Positions 1 through 13,137 of a DNA stretch of 20,000 nt are shown piece by piece. The translations under genes and the position numbers were made by a program. Every line of letters starts with the position of its first letter. Position 1 is the stretch's first letter. The stretch lies in NCBI GenBank assembly GCA_000182565.2, contig KQ257452.1, one strand, 5' to 3'. The notes below the pieces were generated by a model. It did not search any database, was not told where the DNA came from, and saw only the letters and a program-made list of their open reading frames with translations. The stretch comes from Spizellomyces punctatus DAOM BR117 (Eukaryota).

Positions 1-1618
1 GAACCATGTCCGAATTGGGTCTACTACAGGCAAGGAGAGACGAGTATATGAGCTAGTTTGACTCAGATCCTTAATAGAGAACTAATTCGAGGACTGCCTA
101 TAGTTTTGCTGTCGGCCTCTTTCTATACCAGTCCTTCGACTCGATAGATGGAAAACAAGCGCGTCGAACGGGGACGAGTGGACCTCTCGGGGAGCTTTTT
201 GATCAGTGAGTGTACGAATCGTGATTACCGCTGTCTGCCAGAAAACCTTACCCATGTTTCCGTGCAGTGGTATGCATTGTGTGCGCAATTGCCACGCCAG
301 GATTAGTCAACCTATAGCTATCATTTGATATCACAACTAACTTAATTTGTTGTATTAAACCATAGGATGTGATGCCCTCAATACCACAGTACGTAGAGTT
401 GGTGCATTCGATTGTCTCATCGCGTCGCTAACCAGGCAAGCTCTACCATTAGTTAGGAGGACTTCTACTTGGTTCGGCAATGAATCTTCATCAGTCATGG
501 TGGCTGATTTTCAGTTTGATGTCCGGTAAGTCCTTGCATTAGCTCTGTCTTTGAGGATACGTCGCATACCCACATGTCGTAGCGCTTGGCAATTTTTATC
601 TGAGTACATGGGAAGAATATCACACTGGAACATTATATCTTAGTTACTGCAGTGGGCCCGTGGAGGGCATTCTGTTGATCGTGTTCATTTTCATAGTATC
701 TGGCCGATATGGTGAGTGAACGGATATACCGATTTCATACACTGGCATCTTCTAACAATAGTGCAGGGCCTGAAATCTGGGATCGCCGTATATCTGCCAC
801 GTTTCCGAGTGTCGCTTCTCTCCTGCCTTCTACAATTGCGGAATTAAGGCTGAACGAATACTTTCTTGGTATTGGTGCGGTGTTTCTTGTATTCAATATT
901 GTCAGCGGGTATGTCGCTTTGTTGTCAAAAAAGGCACTGCTGCAGCCTCAACGTATGTTGTTGTAGGGGATTGAACGTCTTCCGCGCCTCCGGTGCACGG
1001 AAAAGGAGCACCGTTGTTGCTATGCTGGGCCTTCTTCCCTTTGTTGCCTTCACTTTTGGCATTTTCACGTGGCTGAAACTCTCGCCATCTATTCTAACGA
1101 CGCATCTAATCCCCTTTTCGTTACTGGTCGGCTGTCTATTTGGTCACCAAGTCGGAAAGATGATTATCGCGCACGTCTGTCGGCGCTCATTCCCATACTT
1201 TGATTTTCCGATTTTCTTGATCGTAACGATCGGGAACTTGAGTGCCTTTGTTTTCCGTAATTGGGAGCTTACGGATGGTGCCAATTCTGGTCCCGTCCTC
1301 CGTAGCGCTTTTCCCAATGAGCTGTCTCACTGGCTTCAGGGTCTCTTGGAAAAACTCTTTGGTCACGTGGAAAGGATTGAGGACGCTGCTTTCATGGAAG
1401 GAACTATTGTGCATGTTCTGCTCTGTGTTGCCGTCTTTGCGTATCTGAGATTTGCGTTAAGGGTGATTCACGAACTGTGCGAGATCTTTGACTGTCATTG
1501 CCTGAGGATCAAGAAGAAAGTTATCAAAGTTCATGGAACTGCAAAGTTTCCGCATGGAAAGGTTGGACGGGAGGGTACCCCTGGGAGGATGGGGGAAGAA
1601 AATCGAAAGTTGGAATAG
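1..1618 (+). CDS. CDP-alcohol phosphatidyltransferase (choline/ethanolamine phosphotransferase, EPT1/CPT1 family), 5' end outside window, multi-exon
   Basis: Spliced translation ...[47 protein letters not shown]...[29 protein letters not shown] contains the CDP-alcohol motif DG(x2)AR(x8)G(x3)D(x3)D and the family WEEYHTG motif. First exons 1-29, 104-205, 268-269, 366-388, 453-525. The hydrophobic last exon (GKMIIAHV...[15 protein letters not shown]) ends at TAG 1616-1618. Confidence 0.93.
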
Positions 1619-1802
1619 ATGGGATTATCGGTGTAAGGATAAATTACGCTTATAATAGTTGATAGTATACAGTGGTCAAGAATGATTCTTCTTTCATTGG
1701 TGCTTGCCTCGCCACTGATGTATGCGCCAGATGTCATGTCATCTCATTTCATGTACATTGTATTACATATTTACAAATGTTTACGGTCATCATGATATAT
1801 CA

Positions 1803-2416
1803 TCATGCCTTTCTACCCTTCGTTGCCTTTTTTGGCTTTGGTTTTGTCACGCTACCCTTACTTGTACTCGCTCTCTTCGAAGGAACCTCAGTCCCCTTCT
1901 CCCGCCCAACATCCACATCATCCTCTTCATCTGGATTCCAGTCGGATACTGTGACGGTTGTGACTCTCGTTGCGCTTGGGATGGTGGATACCGTTTCCGG
2001 TGTCGCTGCTTCGTCTTTGCTGGCAACGGCTTCTATGCGTTCGAGGTCGGAAACTATAAGGTGGCGCTTATTCTACGAATGCGAATAAGGTTAGGCTCTT
2101 GGGGAGCTCTAGCGCCCAACCCCGGACAAAAAATATCACATCATACATTCTCTTTACGCAATTCTCTCCGCTCCTCCTTTATTTTTTGTTCATATCGTTC
2201 CTTTGCTTTCCGCTTTTGCTCTAGTTTGCGTTTATGGAAGCCTGTCAGAAAGTCTCTGTGCTTGTGCGTCCAAAGTGAGTGAATTGCAACAATGAAATAG
2301 TGGGATTCTTGACGGATTTCGATTTACCTTCGTGCGCTTTCATCGTAGACTAGTTCGGTGAGTTCTGTTGTTGAGCGGCGGGTGCGAGGTTTGGACTTTA
2401 ATGTTTTTCGAGCCAT
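1803..2416 (-). CDS. RRP17: Ribosomal RNA-processing protein 17 / NOL12 (Nop25 family), 3 exons
   Basis: ATG at 2416. Spliced MARKTLKSKPRTRRSTTELTELVYDESARRDFLTGFHKRKLEQKRKAKERYEQKIKEERRELRKE matches the Rrp17 signature (F/Y)D..AR.(E/D)(Y/F)LTGFHKRK. Intron 2327-2256 is GT-AG; Lys-rich tail; TGA at 1805-1803. Not present in the ORF track because it is spliced. Confidence 0.88.
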
Positions 2417-2604
2417 AATGTTCTGCTTTTTTGTAGTGTTGAAAACCCCAAAAATGCAAGTTGAGTTTATGTTGTCAGCAATGGGCGCGCATCACGTGTT
2501 TTACGCACCATGGCAATGTCCGAGAGGGACTGGGGGTTTGGACAAGCCAGCGGATCTTGAGCTTCTTTGTCATAAGCATCATTGTTCCAAAAAACTCTAC
2601 AAAA

Positions 2605-3305
2605 ATGACAACGACAGCAACGACTTCACCACCTGACGCAACACCCGGAACCCCCTCATCCACTGACCACGCAAAATATTTTCGAAAAGCACTGGGAGAT
2701 GTCACGCCGAATAATATGGGACAGATCAAAGCAGTCAATTTGGTCCTGTTTCCTGTTAAATATAGCGACGAGTTTTATAAAGCTGCATTGCAGGTTGGGG
2801 AGTTTGCAAAACTAGGTGAGTGTAATCGTTTGAAGTAAATTCGTTTTCTGTATGGAAAGAGGCGCTAATGGTTACGTTTTTTGGGGGTAACTCTCATAGC
2901 GTATTTTAATGACGTTTGTGTGGGGGGTGTTATTTGCGTTAAGCAGGCAGATAAGGAGACGGGAGCAAACAGACTTTATATTGCAACGCTCGGTGTTTTG
3001 GCTGCCTATAGAAGATTAGGACTGGGTATGTATGGAACTTTAGGGGTGCTTGATTATACATTTGTACGCTAACGCTACAGGTTCATCTAGGTACGATGCT
3101 CCTCGACCACGTCCTTAGGCAAGCTGCCCTGGCAAAAGATAAACAAAAGATATCTGAAGTTTATCTACATGTGCAGACAACTAATGAGGACGCATTAGAG
3201 TTTTATAAGCATCGGGGGTTCGAGGTGACAAGTACGGAGGAGGGCTATTACAAGCAAGGCCCTGATCCAAATGCGTATGTTCTGACAAAGAAAATTGCGG
3301 CGTAG
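2605..3305 (+). CDS. NAA50: N-alpha-acetyltransferase 50 (NatE catalytic subunit, GNAT), 3 exons
   Basis: LGDVTPNNMGQIKAVNLVLFPVKYSDEFYK...FAKLAYFNDVCVGG...LYIATLGVLAAYRRLGLGTMLL...VYLHVQTTNEDALEFYKHRGFEV closely follows Naa50/San; two GT-AG introns. Confidence 0.92.
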
Positions 3306-3510
3306 ATATTTGGGAATAGAATTGATTGCATTCTGACACTTTAGAGCATTATTTTATTTATACTTGACAATAAGGGTAAAAATATATTTGATATGGTCCA
3401 GAAGTTTGTAACAACAAGTGTCCACTCATGCTAACAGACGACCATCCTACTTACTGTCCAATATCGATCTATGAACCCCAGCCCCACCCCATATTAAAGC
3501 GAACCCCCTC

Positions 3511-6003
<2,493 letters not shown>

Positions 6004-6640
6004 GGTTTCTTTTTAATGCCTCCTACAAGTCGTAAAAATGGGGTAATTGTGCTGAGATGACAAGAAATTGGAAATGTATTAAAAGCCGCGTCGAAATGAG
6101 GAAAGGGCGGACAATCGTTTGTCACTAGATTGCCAAAGGTGCAACAACATACGTGGAGGCAGGTCTTTTATAGCCGTTAGTTGATAACCGTACGGAGGGC
6201 TGGTTCAAAAAAAAACCAAAGGCGATGATGATGATGCCCCACGTAGAGAGATGTGTGGCTGAACAAGAAACCTTTCATGAAAGGATTTCCTCAGCGCGCG
6301 ACGCGGGGACCGTTTTTTGCTTAGCCCATTTTTTTTATTTATGTCTTCCAAATGGGATTTTCTTTACGGCTTTCTTACTGCGGCCGTTTGACCTTTTAGG
6401 ATTTGCATACGGTGGACGCTGCCGTGGACCATTGGAAGGGCGGCGGGGAACATTGGCGGGGGAGGCAGTGAACATTTGGCCGGAGGCAGTGTATTCTGAA
6501 ATATCGTTGATGTCCGAAAAGCTGGAAATCTGACGCGCTTCTGATGCTGACTAAGGCGCTATTTCCGCTCTCGACTTTTTTCCTTGTCGACATCTTGGTT
6601 AACTACTCTCTACTTGCGATACACTGATACAATATCCAAT

Positions 6641-8570
6641 ATGGCGGCAACGGAAGGAAGGAAGCTAGATATCACGCCAGAGGTTGGTACCTGCTGCGCT
6701 CATGGCGCGTGAGGACCAATAGCTTGTGTTGACACGCTGCGCAGGAATACAAAAAGATTGAACAGTCGTTGAAAAATGATCAATTTCGCAGCCTGTTTAT
6801 GGATTACATGAAGGAAATTGCTGACCCCGAGAACCGCAAGGTGCGTAATTGATCTAATGTTCATCATCGGTGGTGTTAGCTTAGGTTCTTTTGCATCTCA
6901 GTTGTATGAAGCTGAATTGACGCAATTGGAAGCTGAACGAGGCAACAATATCCGCTTTGTGAAACCCACTGCAGGCTACGTCGTCAAAACGGCCTTTGCA
7001 CAGGGTGGCGAAAAAGTGTTTATAAATATCTGTACCTCTCCTGAAATTGCGGAAGCCAAACCCAATACCACATCTGCCGTTCAAGGAGCCGGACAGAGTT
7101 GGTCTATACCTTACAGCCTTGCGCCATCTAGGGAGGACGTTGATCATGGTGAGCCTTTGCATTACGCCAAGCATGTTCATTCACAAGATTGTACAGACGA
7201 TTAACGATGGATATGTGATCAGCTAATAAAAAGTGTACGGTTTATGACTGCGTCTTCCATCCCGAGACGTATGCAAAAGGCGTGCGAAATCCAAAATTTG
7301 ACAAACTGCTCGTGTCGACGGCTATAGAAGGCATCGAACGGCAGTTTAATGTCAAACTGGAAAAAAGTAGGAACTAGTTGTTTTTTGGGTTAGATCCGCA
7401 GCTTACCAAACACATTTTATAGAGTATAAAACACCAAAGATGAAATTCAAGGGCACCCCTTCTACCACCGTGATCCGAACCGCCGACCCAACACTAACAC
7501 CACAATCTGATACAACAACCCAATTCCTTGAACAGCTCCAATCTGGAGTGAAACCCACATCGACCTCGAAACCTGCCACACCCTCCAAACCACTCATTCA
7601 AGAACTTCCAGAAACAAGGAAACACGCATCAGCGGCTCCTGCAGCCGAAGTCGTTCCAAAATGCACCATCATTCATCGAGGTATTAATAATGACTATCAG
7701 CGGTTCACAGAGGAACGGGAAAAACAAGTTGGAGCAAGACCGGATGCGTTGGTGGTCAGGATTGAGTTACCTGGCGTGGTATGTATCGGATAATACTCTT
7801 TTCATTCCTTCAGTCATTGAACCCAACTAACAATTTTCGAACAGTCTACGGCAGCCCAAGTTGATCTCAATACCCATCTTCAATCCATCGACCTTGTCGT
7901 TCCTCAGAAATATAAACTCAACCTCCCGTTACCCTTCCCTGTCCACCATGATCATGGTACCGCAAAGTTTGATCGGACAAGGCAAGAACTAGTCGTAACA
8001 CTACCTGTCGTACCACCTCCAAAGACATCCTTGGTAAGATATAGACTTTTATACACTGTTTCGATAAGCGTTAAATGGGTACTTGTTATGTAGCCTGAAT
8101 CGGATGCACCGTTTGAAGAGGATGAAGTTGGACAAGTTCCGCCCTCTCCGACTTGTTCTGAGCAGTCCGATGGATGGATTAGAGTAAAGTCTCCCGAGGA
8201 GCTTCGGAAGGTGGACCAATGCGATGGGGAAGCGAAGGGAGACGGACAAGATGATGAGGATGCGCTGACTTTGCAGGGTGCATCCAAATCAGAGCATTTG
8301 AGTGCGGGCGAACATAGCATCATGGACGAGGAGGTCTGCGATACACCAAAGGACGTAGAACAAGAGAATGTGGAAATAGATGGGCATACTGCCATTATTC
8401 CTGCGGTACAACCAAACGAAACGACTACTCCTCCCATCTCGCTGGACGAATCCAACGATTCATCAAAGAGCCAAATTACCTCTCAAGTTGGCAACGACAT
8501 TAAACAGAAGGCTGTACAACCAGTGTCAGTCCAATTTGTGAATACGCTCATATATGATTTAGATGATTAA
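6641..8570 (+). CDS. DNAAF2: Dynein axonemal assembly factor 2 / kintoun / PF13 (PIH1 and CS domains), multi-exon
   Basis: Spliced FRSLFMDYMKEIADPENRKLYEAELTQLEAERG...PTAGYVVKT...KVFINIC...WSIPYSLAP...YDCVFHP; CS-like RPDALVVRIELPG...AKFDRTRQELVVTLPV; C-terminal FVNTLIYDLDD resembles the kintoun C-terminal motif. Confidence 0.9.
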
Positions 8571-8652
8571 GTGTGGCCATCTGGGCATAATTTATACAAA
8601 AAAAAAAAAAGAAAACTATAGTTTCTAAAATAGTAATATATATAATTTATTT

Positions 8653-10197
8653 TTATCTCCCTCCTTCCTGGTTTACTGGGGTTGTGTTATTCCCATTTGA
8701 ATAAAGTTGCCGTCGTCGTTCGATTTCACAACTACATAATCGTCGTTTAGGTTTAGGTTTTCCCCGAGTATCGGATGACAGACTTGCATCTTTATGCCAA
8801 TTCGCTTCATGGGTCGTTTTCTCTACATCAATCTCCCTGCATGCAGTACAACAATACATACCCATATTTTCAGTTGGACTCTTTACAGAGTGCGACTCAA
8901 AGCAGGGGGTGCAGCATGTCACCAATAAATGACATCCGGTACCGATACATTTTTGAAGGGCAGCGGTAGGTGTACCACACTTGTAACAAAACGACACTGC
9001 ATCCTCGTTCACGTCGTTTTGCACCCCAAGACTCTGCCTAGCATCAAACACATAATTCCTGCCCTTGAATAAACTCTCCCCTCCACTTTCCTTGACCCAT
9101 TCTAAATAATTGTGTATGCCCCCCTCGAGCATGATGACGGGTACTCCCATTTCCTCACTCAACCAAGCCGAGGCTTTTTCACAGCGGATTCCACCGGTGC
9201 AGTAAGTCAGAATAGCCTTTCGGGAGGAAAAGGTTGGCTTGTTTTGGTGAATGTAGGTGGGGAGGGTGGAGAAGCGGCGGATGGGGGGTAGAACAGCGGA
9301 TGGGAAATGACCAATGCGCGTCTCGTAGTGGTTACGCACGTCCAGGAGGATATAGTCGTCCTTGTTGTTTGGGAGGGTTGAGAGGAGGGAATGGAACTCG
9401 GGTGGTGCGAGAGCAACGACTTTTGGATCCTTTGATTCGGGTGTAGATGGGTCATATTGATTGGATTCTTCCCATATCCCTCCTCTCATCCTTTTTGGAA
9501 CCCAATCTCGTACTCCAAATGGACAAATCTCATCAACGACCTTGACGCTCAACCCATCAAATACATGCACACACCCTTCAGAAGGTTTAAAAAACAACCG
9601 TCGTCTCTCTGCATCATTCTTCAATTCTAACCCGCTCAACACCTCATGCTCTACCATGACATCCACATACTCTGTGATATTCCGCGTTTCTCCCGCAACG
9701 GTGATATTCAGCCCCTCGTGTGCAATTCGGAGCTTGCCACTGAGTCCTAACCGTGTACACAAATCTTTTTGGAATGCTGCAACGTCTTCGGGGTCATGGA
9801 TGGGGGTGTATCTGTAAAAAAGGAGAACGGTGCCTGATTTGGCGTGGAGGGCGTCGCATGGGAGCGTAACGGGATCCGACCCGCCTCGTGCTGCTCGACG
9901 GGTGTGGAATTGGCATGTATTTTGTGGGGGTTTGACTTGTCGTGGTGGGGATGCGAGGAAATGGGATTCAAGAGCTGCTAGTTTGTCGGCATGTGCTGTG
10001 TGAATGTGTCGGGATATGCTTGAATGGGTCGTAAATGTCTTGGAACAACAGGACCATGTAGGCTCGGTACCAGTGTCATTGGTGTCGTGAGTCTGGAGTA
10101 ATGAATGCACAAACTGTTGGACGGCTTGCCGTTTGGCTGCCCGCTTTTGAGTGCCGCTAACAAAAGCGGGTGTGGGCGACAATGTTGTTGCGGTCAT
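8653..10197 (-). CDS. Rhodanese-domain UPF0176 protein (TSTD2 / TrhO-like) with N-terminal C2H2-like finger and C-terminal Cys cluster; single exon
   Basis: VLLFYRY, GKLRIAHEGLN, LDVRNHYETRIGHF, YCTGGIRCEKAS, LEGGIHNY and FKGRNYVFDAR are UPF0176 motifs; CCSKTF...RHIHTAH finger. Likely ATG at 10197; an in-frame upstream ATG exists at 10395. Confidence 0.88.
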   Translation of the reverse strand: MTATTLSPTPAFVSGTQKRAAKRQAVQQFVHSLLQTHDTNDTGTEPTWSCCSKTFTTHSSISRHIHTAHADKLAALESHFLASPPRQVKPPQNTCQFHTRRAARGGSDPVTLPCDALHAKSGTVLLFYRYTPIHDPEDVAAFQKDLCTRLGLSGKLRIAHEGLNITVAGETRNITEYVDVMVEHEVLSGLELKNDAERRRLFFKPSEGCVHVFDGLSVKVVDEICPFGVRDWVPKRMRGGIWEESNQYDPSTPESKDPKVVALAPPEFHSLLSTLPNNKDDYILLDVRNHYETRIGHFPSAVLPPIRRFSTLPTYIHQNKPTFSSRKAILTYCTGGIRCEKASAWLSEEMGVPVIMLEGGIHNYLEWVKESGGESLFKGRNYVFDARQSLGVQNDVNEDAVSFCYKCGTPTAALQKCIGTGCHLLVTCCTPCFESHSVKSPTENMGMYCCTACREIDVEKTTHEANWHKDASLSSDTRGKPKPKRRLCSCEIERRRQLYSNGNNTTPVNQEGGR

Positions 10198-10922
10198 TGG
10201 AAGAGTTTTGAACCGTTGGAGAAATCGCAAGAACGATTTGGAAGTTGGAAGTGTTCTTGCAACTTGCCGCTGTGCCACAATTGGGTTGCTATAGACGACA
10301 AATATATTACAAACAATGTCAAACGACCAACACCGCACTCGTTTTAAGCAGTGAACACCTTTCTTTTCCCAATATGATGGACTATAATGGACCATAAAAA
10401 AGACCACAATAAAGATCTAAGTTACAAAACGTACTCGTGTCCACTAGCAATGAACAATAAACAATAAACCGAAAGTCAAAACGACCTGCTCCAACAACCA
10501 CGAGGGATGACAACATTTATTTTGACTAAACAGGATATGCACCTATAAAGGACCTCACGACAGATCTTTTCGGTTCATACACAACTCGCTCAACATCGTT
10601 CCATGTAATGCACATCTCTAGGTACCGCTTCCCAAATGACACTACGATATATAAACTCAACCATCGTGCACACTCAAAGACCTATAGCTCGTCCAAATGT
10701 ATGCTCCCTCTTTTTAAAATACATGCCATACTAGTGGTTTTGGCAAGTACCAGTAAATGGTCAACGCTATACCAAAACACCATAAACACAGCAGCTAAAG
10801 TCGACATCACGTAATCCATCACATAATCACTGCGCCATAACCCGCGACATCCTCCTCCGCTACACATCTTTTCCTACCGACCACCCAACAAAAACCTTGA
10901 ACCCAAAAACAAACAGTCCACC

Positions 10923-12113
10923 ATGTCCTCCATGCGAGACGCCATGCGGCGCCTCCAGATTATCTACGAGGCCTGCGCACCCGAACCAACCGCCCAAGAA
11001 ACAACCCTAGACGAATTCACACGCCTCAAAAAAAAGATTCATGGGGATGTTAAGCAGGTTCGACAAGACCTAAAGGAACGGGAGGAGATGATGGCTGCTG
11101 GTGGGACTACGACTGAGAGTGCTGAAAAGAGTTATCGGATTCGGGTTGCGATTAGGGGGGTTAAAGAGGGTGTTGCGCGTATGGGTGAGATTGTTGCAAA
11201 AGAGGAACGAAAGGTATGCAAAAAAAGAAGAGGAATCTGGTGCATGTGTGTATTTATTGTGTATTTTTTTTTGGTGGGGATGCTTTTTAGAAAAAAAAAG
11301 ATCCAGAGTCTGTACAGCGACTTGCTCATCGACGTGAGATCCTCGAACTCGCACAAAAACATATTGAGGAAGTCGAAAATCTCGAGAAACGAAAGTTTAA
11401 TGATGGGTATACGGAAGCGCGGGTGGAACTTTTGGCTGGGAATCGAGGAAATCCTGGTATGTGCAAAAAGCAGATATTCTTAAATTCTCTTTGTTGAATA
11501 CTTTTATTTTTGTGACAATAGCTTTCAGGGCTCGACCCAATAAAGGCGCACCCGTAGATGAAGATTCCGTACCAGACCCATTCACGACGACAGAGCTACC
11601 AGATATTGATGTAGAAGAGGACCTAAAACGGATTGGAGAGCGGAATAAAATGATTGTAAGCTCGTATATTCCCCGTCTCTGTTCCTCCAGTTACGACAAC
11701 TGTTTTTTGTAGGACCAAGATTTGGATGATATTGGGGCAGGTGTTGCGCGTCTAAAGGATATTGCAAACGATCTCGGAAATGTACGTTCATGCAATCGTT
11801 TCAAAACCTAAAAATGGGGGGACATTAAGTGATTAATATTTTCTTTATAGGAACTGGACCGCCAAAACGACGTCCTAGACGAGATCGAAAGAGGTGTAGA
11901 CACAGCATTAGACAAGGTGGACAATCTCAACATTAAAATGCGGAAAGCTGTCGACGGGGTACGTCATCGCCCACAAAAACACCAATAGCAGAAACAATCA
12001 TATTCACTCGTTTTTGTTAGGTCATGAAAGGCGATCGATTCATGGTGAATTGCGTGCTCATGTGTGTCGTATTAGCGCTTGTAGCATTTATAGCGGGGCA
12101 ATTTGCTACGTAA
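10923..12113 (+). CDS. Qc-SNARE of the SYP7 (plant SYP71-like) type, 6 exons
   Basis: Spliced C-terminus DQDLDDIGAGVARLKDIANDLGNELDRQNDVLDEIERGVDTALDKVDNLNIKMRKAVDGVMKGDRFMVNCVLMCVVLALVAFIAGQFAT* is a SNARE motif with zero-layer Q (ELDRQ) plus a tail anchor. Helical N-terminal region; TAA at 12111-12113. Confidence 0.8.
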
Positions 12114-12339
12114 TGGAATGGGTGGATATTATTCATATTATAATGGGTGGGTACAGTACTGTACTGTACTTGTACCCGGGATCACGTCTTGTGAGTCATT
12201 CGCTCCTTTCCCCCGTGATACTCGGAACATTCGGGATTATCCGGCACGCTTGTGCCACTCATGTGACCTATAGGGGCTATAAAGACGCGCGCGTTTCCCA
12301 CGGGTGGGTTTTCTCCATCGTGTCCATCATCTACGTTTC

Positions 12340-13137
12340 TTTGTTTGGCCCAGCGTCTATCTACCCATATGACTATGAAGCGCAAGCAGCATGCTGGGAG
12401 CAAGAGGTGAAAAGGTATATCAAGTGGTTGGGTATCCCGAAGCTCTGAGGTCGAATACCAAAAGGTGTCGGAGATGGACCGTCATCCCGTGGCAGGGTCT
12501 GCTGGCTTCAAGCCGGAGGGCACTTGTCTGGCTGTTGTGATGCATGTGCGCAAGCCGACTCTACGCAGCTGGCCTCAGAGTGGATAAGGCTTGGTGGTAC
12601 CATTGGTGCCGGAGATGGAATCAGTAACGGGTTCCATCCCGTGGCAGGGTCTGCTGGCTTCAAGTCGGAGGGCACTTGTCTGGCTGTTGTGGTGCATGTG
12701 CGCAAGCCGACTCTACGCAGCGTACAAAGCCTTGGGGATACCAGAGTGTCGTTTTCGCTTGGTTTTTTTTCAGTTGCTAATATCTTTGAGTTGGATTTTC
12801 CACTTGCTAACATCTTTTTATATCGTTTATGGCCCAACTGTGCGAGTGGATACCAGATGAAGGGCGAGCATCATGCTAGGTCTGTCGAGTGGTTGGGTAT
12901 CCCGAAGCTCTGAGGTCGAATGCCAAAAGGTATCGGAGATGGATTGTAACGGGTTCCATCCCGTGGCAGGGTCTGCTGGCTTCAAGTCGGAGGGCACTTG
13001 TGTGGCTGTTGTGGTGCATGTGCGCAAGCCGACTCTACGCAGCGTACAAAGCCTTGGGGATACCAGAGTGTCGTTTGCTCTGTTTTTTCACTTGCTAATA
13101 TCTTTTTATATGGTTGAACTTTGCGAGTGGATACCAG
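12340..13137. repeat. Nested direct tandem repeats: 87-nt core x3, 56-nt block x2, further shared blocks
   Basis: Core CATCCCGTGGCAGGG...CTACGCAGC at 12483-12569, 12635-12721 and 12957-13043 (1-3 mismatches between copies). Block AGTGGTTGGGTATCCC...GAGATGGA at 12423-12478 and 12888-12943. Confidence 0.95.

Noticed and set aside
1672..2282. Plus-strand ORFs of 138 and 186 aa
   Set aside because: Antisense shadows of RRP17. Similar shadow ORFs over GFA1, the rhodanese and the SH3 gene were also ignored.
6128..6305. X-box-like TTGCCAAAGGTGCAAC, palindrome CCTTTCATGAAAGG and a GCGCGCGACGCG (E2F/MCB-like) run in the GFA1-DNAAF2 promoter
   Set aside because: Poor consensus match or too short to support without conservation data.
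8598..8610. Poly(A) tract as a retrocopy tail of the intronless rhodanese gene
   Set aside because: Wrong strand for that gene; it lies in the AT-rich 82-bp convergent spacer.
12440..12460. Hammerhead-like CTGAGG...GAA in the 56-nt block
   Set aside because: Lacks the CUGANGA and GAAA cores with correct flanking stems.
12423..13137. CRISPR-like array or coding ORFs (12524-12913, 12873-13217) in the repeat block
   Set aside because: Repeats are 87 nt with irregular, partly repeated spacers and there are no cas genes in this eukaryotic context; the ORFs have no recognisable motif.
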